Positions 21,014 through 33,579 of a stretch of DNA of 64,000 nucleotides are shown piece after piece. How positions within the stretch are numbered: the first letter of the stretch is position 1; each line of letters begins with the position of its first letter. The notes under the pieces were generated by a model that was not told the DNA's origin, did not search any database, and saw only the letters and a program-made list of their open reading frames with translations. The DNA is taken from contig MU006089.1 of the NCBI GenBank assembly GCA_010093705.1, positions 229,570 to 293,569 on the forward strand. Reading direction: 5' to 3'. The position numbers and the translations under genes are program-made. This stretch comes from Patellaria atrata CBS 101060 (taxonomy: Eukaryota).

Positions 21014-22447
21014 ATGAGTATTGCGCGCACCACTTTGCAGAAGCTCACTTTCATTTGCGCCATCTCCTCAACGGTCCCCTCCTCATTAGCTTTAACCACT
21101 GCCCTACACACTGCCCGAACCGTCGGCTTGCTGCGGCCGCGGGAACCCTCACAGATATGTGGAGGAAACTCTCAGCTTCGAACCTGTGGCGCATCACTTC
21201 CCGACGACTTCTGTTGTCCGGCAGCATCTAGTTGTCTCCAACTAAATACCACCGGGATCAACACAGACCTTGCCGATGATATTATCAGTATTATATGTTG
21301 TCCCGCGGGTGCCAAGTGCTCCTTTATCGCACCGATCACCTGTGACATCCAAGCGCAGAATGCAACACTACATCCGGCAAACCAGATACACACCTCTAAT
21401 TTGGATGTGGGACTTCCAACTTGCGGAGAAGGGTGTTGTCCTTTAGGCTACAGCTGCGCGGACGGCAGATGCCAAATGAACAGAAGTGACGGACCGCGCA
21501 CATCAACATCCTCCGTCCTAGAAGTGTTTCCCGCACCGACATCCACAAGCTCCAGCTCCCCCCAATCCGATGTTCCAATCGCTTCACCCGTCGGCAGTAG
21601 CGGCATCTCCCCTGGTGGCGCTGCAGGTATTGCCATCGGATGCCTCTTCGCTGGTGGTCTCATCATGCTCGGGGTGGTCTGCTTAATTTCTCGTCGGCGC
21701 GAGAAAAAGAACAGGACTTCGCACTCAAGCAACGGTTCCCACATGCGGAACATCAGCAAACCCATTTCCAATCCCGCGCTGAACACCGGCACCGACATGT
21801 TCCCTCATAATAGTATCAGGTACGCTGCCACTCATTCGCCGGCAACGATGCGCGATTACGGCCTGCCTATAATGAGTGAGCACAGTACGAACGGATTGAA
21901 TATGGGCTTCGGAGCAGAATCAGAACCAAGACCAAGCTACCAAGCAGACACAGCTGATATCTCTCCCGTCACACCTCCCCAAAGAGTCGAGCCTCTCTTT
22001 TCCACCGCCACCAGTACAACCTCCGCACCGCCGCCCCGGTTTGTCTCCAACCTACCCAACCCCTTCTCTTCACCCACACGCACCACCGCATCCCCGCGGC
22101 AGAACCCCTACTCGACTCCCGAGCGTAGAAACAACGCACCGCTGAACCCTTACGCAGAGTCTACAGCTGGCTCGCGAGTATCCTCTGACTCCTTCGATAG
22201 ACGGCAAGGCTCCTCGGAAACGGTACATGTGATGCTGCCGGCGCAGGCATATCTACAGCCGCCACCACCCTTGGCCGTACCAGGGCAGTCGAGAGACAAG
22301 GCATCCTCTCGCATGACGGGCGACACGACATTCACAAGATTTATAGAGGGCGGAAAGGGAAATGGGAGTGTGGATGGGAAGGTGAAGAAGGCGAAGGGGT
22401 TGGGGGTTACGGGGGGTGATTTTATGAGTGGGGCGAGAGCGTTTTAA
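21014..22447 (+). CDS. Single-pass membrane protein with Cys-rich ectodomain, Ser/Thr stalk and disordered cytoplasmic tail (cell-surface sensor-like)
   Basis: Hydrophobic N-terminus; three CCP motifs (DFCCP, ICCPAG, GCCPLGYSC); TM segment GAAGIAIGCLFAGGLIMLGVVCLI followed by RRREKK; ISKP motif. Confidence 0.8.
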   Translation: MSIARTTLQKLTFICAISSTVPSSLALTTALHTARTVGLLRPREPSQICGGNSQLRTCGASLPDDFCCPAASSCLQLNTTGINTDLADDIISIICCPAGAKCSFIAPITCDIQAQNATLHPANQIHTSNLDVGLPTCGEGCCPLGYSCADGRCQMNRSDGPRTSTSSVLEVFPAPTSTSSSSPQSDVPIASPVGSSGISPGGAAGIAIGCLFAGGLIMLGVVCLISRRREKKNRTSHSSNGSHMRNISKPISNPALNTGTDMFPHNSIRYAATHSPATMRDYGLPIMSEHSTNGLNMGFGAESEPRPSYQADTADISPVTPPQRVEPLFSTATSTTSAPPPRFVSNLPNPFSSPTRTTASPRQNPYSTPERRNNAPLNPYAESTAGSRVSSDSFDRRQGSSETVHVMLPAQAYLQPPPPLAVPGQSRDKASSRMTGDTTFTRFIEGGKGNGSVDGKVKKAKGLGVTGGDFMSGARAF

Positions 22448-22890
22448 TGAGAAAGAACGTCGCTCTGTAACTGAAGATGTGTGGTGCGAGATGTTCTGTA
22501 CAGGTCCACATGTTGATATTTACACGGTTCAATTCTTATAGCACACTGCCACATGTGTGTGGATGGATTTTACTGGATTTACATTCCATAGGGTTGATAA
22601 TCAATGTTTGGCGCACTGACTTATTTCAATTCAACATATTATATCAGTAACGAGTTCCTGATTTTCGTGAGGAGAATATGAAACCGTGACTGAAGAGCAA
22701 ATGATGCACAATGCCCTCCAACAGTACGACCGGAGCACAAGAGGACGATAAGTGTAATAGATTCAAATACATAATTTTAGTCATCCCATAGTACCCTGTC
22801 TTAATCGTACAAAGAACTGGACACCAGCGCAGAGCAGCAAAAAGTCATCATATGAATTGCAGCCCTACGCTAACAGCACAATTTGACAAA

Positions 22891-25800
22891 CTACACAGTA
22901 GCCCACTCATAAAACCCCTTAAACCTCTCTTCCTTATGAATCTCACACTTCAACACCGCCAGCCAACACGCAATGATGAGATACGGAAACCTCGTTGTCC
23001 AATACCTCAAATACCCTGCCGGCAACTTGCCCACTCTCGCCTTGACATCCTCGGGCATGTCCTCGTAATGATGCTTCTTGTTCCTCAGAGCACGCAGGAG
23101 ATCCAGTAACTTGTCGCCCTTGTACTTACGCTGCTTGCCGAGCGTGTCGGTAAACTTATGATCTAGCCTGCGGAGGAAGTCGGCTTCGGTCCCGTAGTTA
23201 TTGATCACCGAAACAGGGGTCGAGGCAAGGACTTTGCTCATGAAGCTCTCGAGAGTGTTGAGGGCTAGAGAGGGTGGATCGCGTGGTTCACGTTCGAAGC
23301 GATCAGAAACATCGCAGAGGAACGTGAGGCGCTTCTCGGGACTCCAGAAGAAGGGGTGGTGCATTACTTGCAACGCTGTTGGTCTGTTCTCTGGTTTGTT
23401 CTCCAGCATCCATGAGATGAGGTGGACGGGTTCTTCACAGTCATCTCCGAGATATTGTAGTTTGCTCAGATTATGCTGATCCTTCTTGATGTTGAGCTCA
23501 CGGATCTGCATCCATCCTTCGGCGTCATCGTACGGGTGGGACCCGTTAGTCAATACGTAGAAAAAGACACAACCAAGGGAAAAGATGTCGACGGCGCGTT
23601 TCACCCCTTGAGCGCCCGCTTCACCGGAGCTGGAAGATTCCCGGCTATGTCCCTGAGAACTCTGTTGCCCCATTGCGTCACGAGGCTGCAGTATAAGCTC
23701 AGGAGCTTTCCATCCAATCGTGCCTGCGCTGACAGTGTTGCCGATAAGAGTACTGGCGTTGTCGGGTAGAGTCTTGCACAAGCCGAAATCTGATATTACG
23801 AAACGGGGACCTCCGGATTGATTCTTCTTCGGGTAAGCGATGAGGATATTCTGAGGTTTGATATCTCTGTGAATGATCCGTAAGCTGTGCAAATGATGCA
23901 ATCCAGCCGCCAGCTGATAGAGGGCCTTGGTTACATCACGATTGATCTCGTTGACAAGCATCTCATGAGCTTTGGAAAGATCCTCGTCGTGAGTGCCGTC
24001 TTTAAACAAATCCCACAAGCTTGCCTGGCATAGTTCAACCGCAATATACAAGAAATGTTGGTCCTTTTGCTGGCAATAATATCGTATGACGTTCGGATGA
24101 TCATCACTTTGTTGAAGTAAGGACACCTCTTGGGACGCAAGTTCGAAGTACTGTGGTAACATGCGCTTAACTGCAACTTCACGTTTCTGCGAAGAGTTAG
24201 CGAGGGCCCTTGGGGAGGTTTGCTAGAAAATTTTACCTCAAAACTGCCCCTGAAGACGAAAGTACCACCACTTCCACTACCGAGTATATCGTCCGTGTAG
24301 ATTGTGAGATTGTTGATTTGGACTGTAGAAGATACATCTGTAATATCTCCATTCACAGTGATCTCGTCAGGTTGTAGACCTTGGTCAGGTTCCAAGTGCA
24401 AGCCAGCAACGCGTCCCATATCATCTTCTTCCTCGGTACCGCTTCTAGTGTTCTTCCTCCTACGTCTACCTCCTCGTTGACCCCTATGAGCCTTCTTCTT
24501 CTTGGGTGTTTCATCAGCTGGCGTCTCAGCCTGCTCGACAGGAGGGGTCGCCCCATCTAAAGCTTGGGTTTGCGGCTGTTCAGATGATGCCACAGTGGTC
24601 GTTTGCTCTACAAGAGTCTCCGCTACCGGCCCATCGTCACTTTCTGGCATATCAAAATGTACTTTACGCTCTTGGTGCTCACGTGTGGAAGGTTGGGCTG
24701 TCCCATTGCTCAACTTAGCGTCCGTCTCCTTAGAGACAGAAAGAGATCGTCCAACTTTTACTGAGATCCATTGTTGTACAGGCGATGGGAGAGAGTTCAG
24801 CCGAGGGTCAATATAAAGGCCCACACCGGCGAAGAGAGCTAGTATTACGATCGTCTTGAGGAAGTTTACCGCGAAAGACGAAGTGGGCGGTGGTGGGGAT
24901 ATTAGTTTAGGCGGAACCTCTATATATTCTTCAGTCTCCTCAGGTTCGTTAACTTCTTCAAGATGAGTCTCCACGCCACCAATCATTGGTATGCTCTTCC
25001 TACGGAAACCACGATCAGAAAGCGAATGTACACCAACAAGTTCGGTTTTGCTTGGTATGAAATGCTCATCCCACTCAAAGATATCGTCATTCCACATAGA
25101 ACTGTAGCATTTCGCTTTTGAGGCTCCGTCGGTGACTGTAGGGTAATTACCCTCCGACATCGCGTACCAGCTACCGGATTCGGTACAGTTGACGAAGACG
25201 TTCTGACTTATCTCCTCGCCCACTGCAGGCCCGATAGGTTGAGGAAGAATGACCAGTGAGGTATCCCTAGCATTGGAACCAAAGGGACGGGCAACGTCGT
25301 AGACGCGAACTACGGGAGAGGCAAATTTGTATTGAAACAGTTTCTGTGGGTAACTGTCTTCTTGTTTGGGGTGTCTTAAGGCCAGGATACGCCCATCGAA
25401 TCTGCTGTAGATGTACTTGCTATCCATTGTGGTGAAATATTGAGAATGAAGATCTCGATCGCGATTATTCGGAGTCCATTCAAAATATTTGATTGTGCAG
25501 ATTGGATCTCCCGATCTTGAGCTGATTCCTACGGTGTATTCCGTCCGTCCGAGTGTTAAGGTGTCGCTGATATCACATTCCTCTTCATCGAGCCCATCGA
25601 GGCCAGGGCTCACTCGACGACAGCTACCCGCATCTGTGACTGGGACGGAACCGCTGGTGGAAAAGATTTTCAGAATCTTGCCTGTAGCTGCATTGATCGT
25701 GTAGAGCGTGTTCCTCTTCTCTGCGGTATAGACAATTGGAGGATCTTCACCCAAGTAAGGAGAGAGGTCTTCGGCCAATTGTTTGACAGTGAGACCCAAA

Positions 25801-26432
25801 CGTTGCATACCAAGTTTTGGGCCAGGCGAATAGACGTAGAGACTCCCGTCCTGACTGGGTTCTACGATCCACAGAAAATCGGTTTCCGTCTCTTCTAATT
25901 TTGAACCTTCCGAATCATTCTTCCGGTGGTAGATAGTTTCCACCATGGGACGCTCGGCTTCCAATGTCCACCGATGCTCGCCAGTGTTTCTGTCTCTCGC
26001 GTGTATCTGTCCATCAACGGTCGCCAGCAGGACAAAGTCCTCAACTTCCCAATCCTGCAGGGACCGCGCTCCAGGTCGCGAGAGAGTCCCACCGGAAGAA
26101 CCGGCTGAATGCTTTGCAGGAGGTGCTCGTACAGCAGACTTTGAGTCTGCTGGAGCTAAAGTAGCAAGGGCGCGCACATTCTTGGATTTCGATAGAGTAT
26201 CTTGACGTCTCTTTCGAGGCGTCTCGACGTGTGCCTCTTGGAGAGGCTGTTGTTGTGGTTGTTTTGTAAAGGTGTCTAACAATGACTCCTCTCGTGGGGA
26301 TCGACGGATACCATTTTGCGGTGGTTGTTGCTGCTGCTGAGCACCCGCAATGAGTGGTATCAAGAATAATAGAACGATGAAATGAGAGGTAGTAAATGTT
26401 GTAGCCGGGCCTGGCGGCCGGCGTCGAGGCAT
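22891..26432 (-). CDS. IRE1: UPR sensor kinase/endoribonuclease Ire1; intron 24187-24236
   Basis: Signal peptide; luminal domain VLLATVDGQIHARD; TM helix; kinase motifs [30 protein letters not shown] RNase domain LLRALRNKKHHY. Confidence 0.97.
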
Positions 26433-27472
26433 TCTGAGCGACTACAACCGACTATGTTATATGCCGTATAAGGCTCTCCAAGAGCCTGTTATCAAGCATC
26501 AGATGGGCGTAGGGATATTACGACAGTTGACTTGAAGGATTGTCGACGTTCTGGGAAATGAAGGGATATGGTTTCTGATGGGGTGAGACGAAAGAGAAGA
26601 ACTGTCCAATGTTTTGTTGGTGACCTGACAGTGCGAGGTTTGACTAAAGGTTGCGAGAGTTGGTGGTGGACGGCTATTTCTTTAGGGGACGCATGTGGGG
26701 TCCTCGCTCTGTGGGGCCTGAAGCGGCGGGCGAGGCCTTGAGCTGTGCTTCAGTTGCACCAAGGGCACCTTGTTAACAAGAGCAGGGCGGCGAAGGACCA
26801 AAATGGGCACCCGAGGATGGGGGGGTTGTTACGGATGTTTGGTGGGTGGCGGGTATAGCCGAAACACCATTATTAGCAAGAATTCGTAAGGTACGAACTA
26901 TGGCAAATATTTTATTGCATTCTTAATATATACATATATGAATACCCACTTGGCACCAAAATTTTTGACCTGATGTTCACGCTTTGTCGATCTGGATCAT
27001 GACTTTATCAGGAGTTGATGATGTAGACACAGGATTTTGACGTCGAATTCTCCTGTTAACACAACCGAACTCGGGATACTGTAGTTCTAGCAATACTCCT
27101 TGCTGTCAAGATGTTACAACTGCAGCAACGAACAAGCACGAACCAAACTATCTTCCCGATTGGTGATGCATCCTCCGAAACTCGTGCTCGAATATTGTAC
27201 AATACCAGGAATATTATCGCGTCGATCATGTGGGGAGGCTTCATCTGATACCTTACATTCTACACCCCTATACCCGAATCTGCTCGAAATTCCCCTAAAC
27301 AAGAATGTGTTGGGTATCGGACGAGTTCCTGAAAGCTAGAGACTGAACACGTGAGGTGTTTAACCGTTTTCCATTCATTTTGATACACAAGGCTTTTTGA
27401 TGTCATACTACTCTTCACATCTATGTCTATGTAATCGCTTTCCGCTTTTCAAAGACCTAAAACGCCTCGTGC

Positions 27473-29220
27473 TTACATTCGTTCTCTCTTCCTTGGCGCA
27501 CTTCGAATGATATTATCAACACGTAGTAACAGCTGCAATATCACATCAGCACTAATTAGACAATCGCATTGCGGGTTCACGTACCTCTGCAGCCTCAGAT
27601 GCGGATGAGACAACTGCTCGCTTGAGCTTATAGCTCTCTATCACACCCAGCTCCCTCATATCTGCTATGCCGCCTCCTGGCGTTAGTAGATCTAGCCCTG
27701 AGCTCGTCATTCCTGCATAAACCGATTTCCGCAGTCTTGTGACTAGATCACTGGAATCGAAGCCAGCATTATCCGCTAGAATCGTAGGTAATTGTCGAAG
27801 AGCTTTGGCAAAAGAGTCAACCGCAATTGCTTTCTTGCCAGCAACGTTGTGTGCTTCCTGATCCACAGCTTTCGCCATAACCATTTCAGCACAGCCTCCA
27901 CCAAGAGTCGTTCGCGGCTCTTTAACAGTCTGCGAAAGGACGGCAAGAGCATCATGTATCGATCGCTCAGCTTCATCCAACAATTGCTCCGTTGCTCCTC
28001 GTAGGACAATTGTGCACGCCTTTCCTGCTGCGACCCCTGAAAATCTTATCAGAGTATCTTCACCGATGATGACCTCCTCAATCAGATCGCAATGACCAAG
28101 TTTGACGTTTTCGGGATGATCGAAAGTCGACGTGATCTCACCACCAGTAACCAATGCTAATCGCTCAACGCCGTCGAAATCTGCGTGTTCGATAGAGCAG
28201 ATTCCCGCGTCGGCGAAAAGTTGCTCTGGCCAGTTGTAGATGAGTTGTCGATTTACGAAGCAGTTGATACCGTGCGCCTTGATCCTCTCGACCTTAGCCT
28301 TCATCTTTTCCCGCTCCGCTCTCTCCAACTCCGCAAGCTTGCCGGTCGAATCGACCTTTACCCGTGCCCCGAAAATCTTGATTTTGTCGGTGTCCATGGC
28401 TGTGTTTGCGACGAGAATTTTGGCATTCTCTATCCGCTTTGGTTGGTTGACTCCAAACTTCTTATCGAGAATAAATCCCTCGTCCAAATATGAATCCTTA
28501 AGCTTTCCACCGGCTTTCTTGATGATCTGGATGTGGGTCAGATCGGTCGAACCTTGCATACGCAATACAGCGTCGACTGCTAACTCCGCAAACTGGTCCC
28601 GGTCCTGGCTAAGCACCTTAGAGCTCAATGTTGTCCTTGCTATTGCTACGAGATCTTTGCGAAAGGCTGTAGGGTCCTTGCTGTGATCAACGGCGGTCTT
28701 CTCTAGAGCTTGAAGTGCAACCTTGCTTGCTATTCTGTACCCTTCAATGATAGTCTGAGGGTGTATCTTTTGATCTACGAGCTTTTCTGCTTCCCGTAAT
28801 AACTCTGCCGCAAGAACTGTGACTGATGTTGTGCCGTCTCCCACTTCATCATCTTGCACCTTAGAGATATTGACGAGGACTTTGGCAGCAGCATTATCTA
28901 GTGCTATCGATTTTAAAATAGTAGCTCCGTCGTTTGTGACCATGATCTCGCCGGTTGATCTAATATTTTCAACACCCCTCTTTTACAGACTGATGCAGGG
29001 AAACTTACGCTGACTGAAGAATTTTGTCCATTCCTTTTGGTCCAAGTGTACTCTTGACCAGATCACCCACAGCTATTGCGCCCACGAAAGCAGAAAGACG
29101 CGCATTCTCGCCTTTCTCTTCTATAACGTCTTCGGCGAAGATTTGCGTAGGATTTTGGTATGACTGAAGGGCCCAGTTAGTATAAACCTACAGATAAGTG
29201 AAATGTATGTGTCTTACCAT
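27473..29220 (-). CDS. CCT2: T-complex protein 1 subunit beta; 3 introns, first coding exon is the ATG alone
   Basis: [61 protein letters not shown]. Confidence 0.97.
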
Positions 29221-29394
29221 TTTGAATATTTAGGTTCTTGGGTAAAGTTGGTGTACCTTAAGAGGTTGATATTGACTGCCTGGCGAACGCGACTTTTTTG
29301 GTCGTTGTCTTGGCAGAGTTGAGGATCTTCAAAGCTCCTCCGACAGTAAAGCACTTAGAGTCAGAATTCAGAGACCAATTTCCCGGTTCTCGAA

Positions 29395-31092
29395 ATGGCC
29401 AAAAGACCGGCGACAGAATCACTTGAAGAAGCAGTAGCAGCCGATTCTCCGGCATCAAAAAGGGCGCGCGTTGAAGAGATACCAGACGAAAGTGAGCTTG
29501 TTGATGGAGCTTCAAGTAAGAATGGCCATCTACTATCTCCAACAGCAGAACCACAAGACTTAGATGGCGCAATCAGCAGATCGAAGGGCATACTAGAGAA
29601 TGGAGAAGAGCTTGGGGTTTTGGAAGATAGAGATGATGAGGATGATGAGAGCACAACACGAACAACGATACGGCAGCAGGCACCGGACGAAGGCTATAGG
29701 GACCTTTACCTCGACACTATCAACCGCTCTGTTCTGGATTTCGACTTCGAGAAGCTTTGCTCTGTTACTCTCTCCAATATCAATGTATATGCGTGTCTGG
29801 TATGTGGGAAGTATTTTCAAGGCCGAGGCCCCAAATCGCAAGCCTACTTCCACGCCCTCGATGAAGACCACCACGTCTACGTTAATATGTCTACCAAGAA
29901 AGTATACGTATTACCGGAAGGATACGAGGTGCAATCCAAAAGTCTCGACGATATCAAATTCGTGGTCAATCCTCAGCTACCTAAGGAGGAAGTTCTTAAA
30001 CTTGATAAAGAGCAGAAAGCATCTTGGGATCTCCTTGGTCGTAAATACATTCCCGGTTTCGTGGGCATGAACAACATTAAGGCAAATGACTATTTCAATG
30101 TTATCTGTCATGCTCTCGCTCATGTAACGCCACTTCGAAATTACTTCATGCTAGAAAACCTCTCCTCAAGACCTCAACTCGCCCAACGCTTCTCCATCCT
30201 CGTCCGTAAAATCTGGAACCCACGCGCTTTCAAATCTCACGTCTCTCCACACGAACTGCTCCAGGAAATTGCCTTACGCTCGTCCAAGCGATTCACTCTC
30301 ACCAATCAAGCCGACCCGGTGGACTTCCTCTCCTGGTTCCTGAACAATCTTCACCTGTCACTCGGCGGCTCAAAGACGAAACCTGGCACATCTATTATCC
30401 AAAAGGTCTTCCAAGGGACCTTGAAAGTGGAGTCCCAACTCATCACCGCACGCGCCGACGCTGGCGACCGCCTGCGCTTTGAAGACGCGGATATCACAAC
30501 CGAGATCTCACGCTTCTTGATCCTCACTCTCGACCTTCCACCCGCGCCCCTTTTCCAAGACGACGTCGAAAACAACATCATCCCCCAGATACCCCTCGTC
30601 AACATCCTCTCCAAATACGACGGTGTACGCGCCCAAGAACGCTTGAACCACCGCCGGCGTTATCGGCTCTTGCACCCCCTACCTCCCTACCTTCTCTTCC
30701 ACATCAAGCGCTTCACCACCAACAAATTCGTCTCGGAGCGAAACCCCACCATCGTGACATTCCCGACACGGTCGCTCGATATGGCGCCCTACGTCGAGCC
30801 GAATCCGTCGCTTCATCCTCCAGGTGAGCCGATATGGTACGACCTCGTGGCCAACATCACGCACGAGGCGATCAAGATCCGGGACGACAGCGTAGAAGGC
30901 GAGGCCGAGAAGAAAGTATGGCGGGTACAATTACGGGATAAGAGTAGGGAGGAGTGGATTCAGGTGCAGGATTTGTATGTGGAGAAGGCGAGCGCGGAGA
31001 CGTTGTTTACGAAGGAGAGTTACTTGCAGGTTTGGGAGAGAAGAAAGGCGCCAAGAGAGAAGGGGAAGGGAAAAGACGTTCAAAGTAGATAA
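29395..31092 (+). CDS. SAD1: U4/U6.U5 tri-snRNP-associated protein Sad1 (USP39; ZnF-UBP plus inactive USP domain)
   Basis: LYLDTINRSVLDFDFEKLCSVTLSNINVYACLVCGKYFQGRG; PGFVGMNNIKANDY (the catalytic Cys is replaced by Asp). Divergent from CCT2 across 174 bp. Confidence 0.96.
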   Translation: MAKRPATESLEEAVAADSPASKRARVEEIPDESELVDGASSKNGHLLSPTAEPQDLDGAISRSKGILENGEELGVLEDRDDEDDESTTRTTIRQQAPDEGYRDLYLDTINRSVLDFDFEKLCSVTLSNINVYACLVCGKYFQGRGPKSQAYFHALDEDHHVYVNMSTKKVYVLPEGYEVQSKSLDDIKFVVNPQLPKEEVLKLDKEQKASWDLLGRKYIPGFVGMNNIKANDYFNVICHALAHVTPLRNYFMLENLSSRPQLAQRFSILVRKIWNPRAFKSHVSPHELLQEIALRSSKRFTLTNQADPVDFLSWFLNNLHLSLGGSKTKPGTSIIQKVFQGTLKVESQLITARADAGDRLRFEDADITTEISRFLILTLDLPPAPLFQDDVENNIIPQIPLVNILSKYDGVRAQERLNHRRRYRLLHPLPPYLLFHIKRFTTNKFVSERNPTIVTFPTRSLDMAPYVEPNPSLHPPGEPIWYDLVANITHEAIKIRDDSVEGEAEKKVWRVQLRDKSREEWIQVQDLYVEKASAETLFTKESYLQVWERRKAPREKGKGKDVQSR

Positions 31093-31364
31093 GAAGTAAT
31101 GGATAAACTGTGTAATAGTCCAGCATCTTTGTTATGCTTGAATAAGTTTACAGTTCTATCGCACCTATCCAAGGTTAGAATCTCTGTTCGCGATATACTC
31201 CAAATCCACAATCCGTTATAACCAACCTCTGGTTCCACATCCCAACAGACAGAAGCTTACACTGTATCAATAACCTAACCCATTCAGTCCGTCTCTTTTA
31301 CACGGTTGATTCCGTCCAATCCCTCTCTATTCAGCAGTGACCACCACCCCTTTTCAGACATCTC

Positions 31365-32240
31365 CTATTCAGAGTGCCCCTGACTCCTTCGTCCTTGACT
31401 CGGTCGCAAATTTCTTAGTGGGGTACCTCTAACCTCTGCTTCTATGATTTGCCGTTCCCTGCGTCTTGCACCTCGGGTAGAGTTCCACCTAACAACCATC
31501 CACAGCACAAACATCAAAAAAGGGGCTAAAAGGAGAAAAAAAGCCGTTTGTGCAAAGTTTGCATGCGACCTAACAACTATCCGCCTGCTTGGGTCCTCAT
31601 CTGACGAGCGCGAACTATAGGTTGGTAGGGCCTGAACAACGCTGCCGGTGAGGAAAGCTACGGTTGCATACCCTCGAGGATTGATGTGAACGGTCGATAC
31701 TGGCATGCCTCTAGTTACGTCGTCTAGATGGAAATGGTGGGTCATGTTTGAGCTAGTGATCTCTATGACGTTCTGCGGTGAAGAGTAACTGAGACTGAGC
31801 AATGAGCAGTAGGGAGGAGTCGGGTCCGATGACGTCGGTAAAGTAGCTACCGTGAATGAAGGAACAGGGAAAGTCGTCAATGTATGTTCATACGACCCCG
31901 ATGAATACAAGACAGAGTCTATTCCAGTTGTATCACGTACGCGGTTCTCCTCGTCCCAATTCGGTTCTGACACAGGACTCGGTTCGGGATGTGGCATCCT
32001 CGAGGTCACGGTAGCAGGACTCCCCCAATTCGCACGATCGGACGGTGGATGAATCTCATGGCGGTCATGGCTTCCCAGGATGTTCCGGACAGTTTGTCTA
32101 CGCTGAGCATATCGGACCATGAAGTTATAGATGCCACCTATGAGAATGCGCATCGCGATAGAGACTGTGATCACGCTAATGATGGGATTCATTAGGGCGA
32201 GTAAGGCCCAGCCAAGGAATTTGAGGTCGTTTGACACCAT
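31365..32240 (-). CDS. Hypothetical membrane protein, 291 aa
   Basis: Intronless ORF with hydrophobic segments at the N-terminus and near the C-terminus (AFFLLLAPFLMFVLWMVV followed by an Arg-rich tail). No family recognised. Confidence 0.6.
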   Translation of the reverse strand: MVSNDLKFLGWALLALMNPIISVITVSIAMRILIGGIYNFMVRYAQRRQTVRNILGSHDRHEIHPPSDRANWGSPATVTSRMPHPEPSPVSEPNWDEENRVRDTTGIDSVLYSSGSYEHTLTTFPVPSFTVATLPTSSDPTPPYCSLLSLSYSSPQNVIEITSSNMTHHFHLDDVTRGMPVSTVHINPRGYATVAFLTGSVVQALPTYSSRSSDEDPSRRIVVRSHANFAQTAFFLLLAPFLMFVLWMVVRWNSTRGARRRERQIIEAEVRGTPLRNLRPSQGRRSQGHSE

Positions 32241-32591
32241 CTGAGCGTTTCGGGCGGAGCTGGGATAAAGGGTATGACTGTGAAGAAGGGAACGGATGCG
32301 GATAAAAGCTGTGAGTAGAAGAAGTTGACAAACGATACAATGTTTTGAGATGAGAGTATAAGTTGGAAGAGATCAATTGTAAAATCTAAATGAGTTTTGC
32401 ACTTGCCCAGGGCGAACGCTGGTCCATTGGAGATAACAACAAGAGTGGAATGGAAGGAGCGCTCTCGTAAGAAACAGATCTTACTCTCATCTAGGTATAG
32501 TAGGTTTGCAGTCGAAGGTGCATTGAGATGCTGTAAGCGATCCAAACAGGAGCATGACTTCCAAAGCTAAGTTATGTCCATTTCTGATGAG

Positions 32592-33371
32592 TTATATCTG
32601 GTTTGTCTTCCCTCCCCAGCCCGGTCCTTCCATCACATCTTTCACCCTTTTCTCAAATGCCCCAATCATGTACCCAGCAACTTTCGGTGCTACTGCAGCG
32701 CTGAGAGCGTTGTAAACTGGATTTGTGAATTGAAATTCGATCACCAAGTTGATTTCAGTCTGCTCCTTCGCCGGTATATTTGTGGATCCCTCGGCTGGGT
32801 TGATATTGCTATCTGGCGATAAGGGAGCAGGAGGAGGTTTATACGGATACGGTCGGACGGTCCATCGCGTCAGGAGATGACTGATAAGACCATCACTAAC
32901 ATCAGGTGTCACTTCGGAGGAAGCATGAGTGTGATGTTTCGTCTCTTCCTGAGGAAGTTGGCTTTTAGTGATGCCGCCCACAGCTTCAACTACACGACCG
33001 GGTACGCAGTATATCCGAGAAGTGAACTTCTCCTCGATCCCGCCGTATCCCACGACAATATCTGCCAATTCAGGCCATTTTTTCCCTTCAGTATCGGCGT
33101 TGGAAAAGCGAGTGATAGCGCTACTTTTACAGTAAGGGAGAAACTTGGAGTAGGAGGATACATCAGCAATGATGTTGTATATTGCGGAGGAAGGGTATGG
33201 GAGTGAGCGAGAAGCGGTAAGGGTTTGGGGTTTTGAAGAGGAAAAGGGGGTGTCTATGAAGCTTCTACTTGTTGAGACAGAGAAGGGTGAAATTGGTGGT
33301 AGTCGAACTAGCGGACGGCAGGTTGAAGCAAATCCATTATTGCTGAAAGGTCGAAGGGTACGCAGCATCAT
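32592..33371 (-). CDS. COQ10: Coenzyme Q-binding START-domain protein Coq10
   Basis: Mitochondrial presequence; SRSLPYPSSAIYNIIADVSSYSKFLPYC; VGYGGIEEKFTSRI; IEFQFTNPVY; IGAFEKR. Confidence 0.9.
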   Translation of the reverse strand: MMLRTLRPFSNNGFASTCRPLVRLPPISPFSVSTSRSFIDTPFSSSKPQTLTASRSLPYPSSAIYNIIADVSSYSKFLPYCKSSAITRFSNADTEGKKWPELADIVVGYGGIEEKFTSRIYCVPGRVVEAVGGITKSQLPQEETKHHTHASSEVTPDVSDGLISHLLTRWTVRPYPYKPPPAPLSPDSNINPAEGSTNIPAKEQTEINLVIEFQFTNPVYNALSAAVAPKVAGYMIGAFEKRVKDVMEGPGWGGKTNQI

Positions 33372-33579
33372 GAGATGGGAATTTTAATGTGAGTGTGAAT
33401 ATGAATGTGAATGGTGAAATCTAAATGCTCAACATCATCTTCAAGAGGAGGGGGAAATAGACATCATGGAGTAAAGAAATCGGTCTACCAGATCGATTTC
33501 GAGTTGTTTGCATCATCACTTGGAGCTGTCGGGTTCCTGTCAATCATTACTATATCGGGTTAGTAGATAATGTCTTCCT

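Noticed and set aside
26900..27400. Short ORFs and TGATGA/CTGA motifs between IRE1 and CCT2
   Set aside because: No convincing coding signal, and the box spacing and terminal stem do not support a snoRNA.
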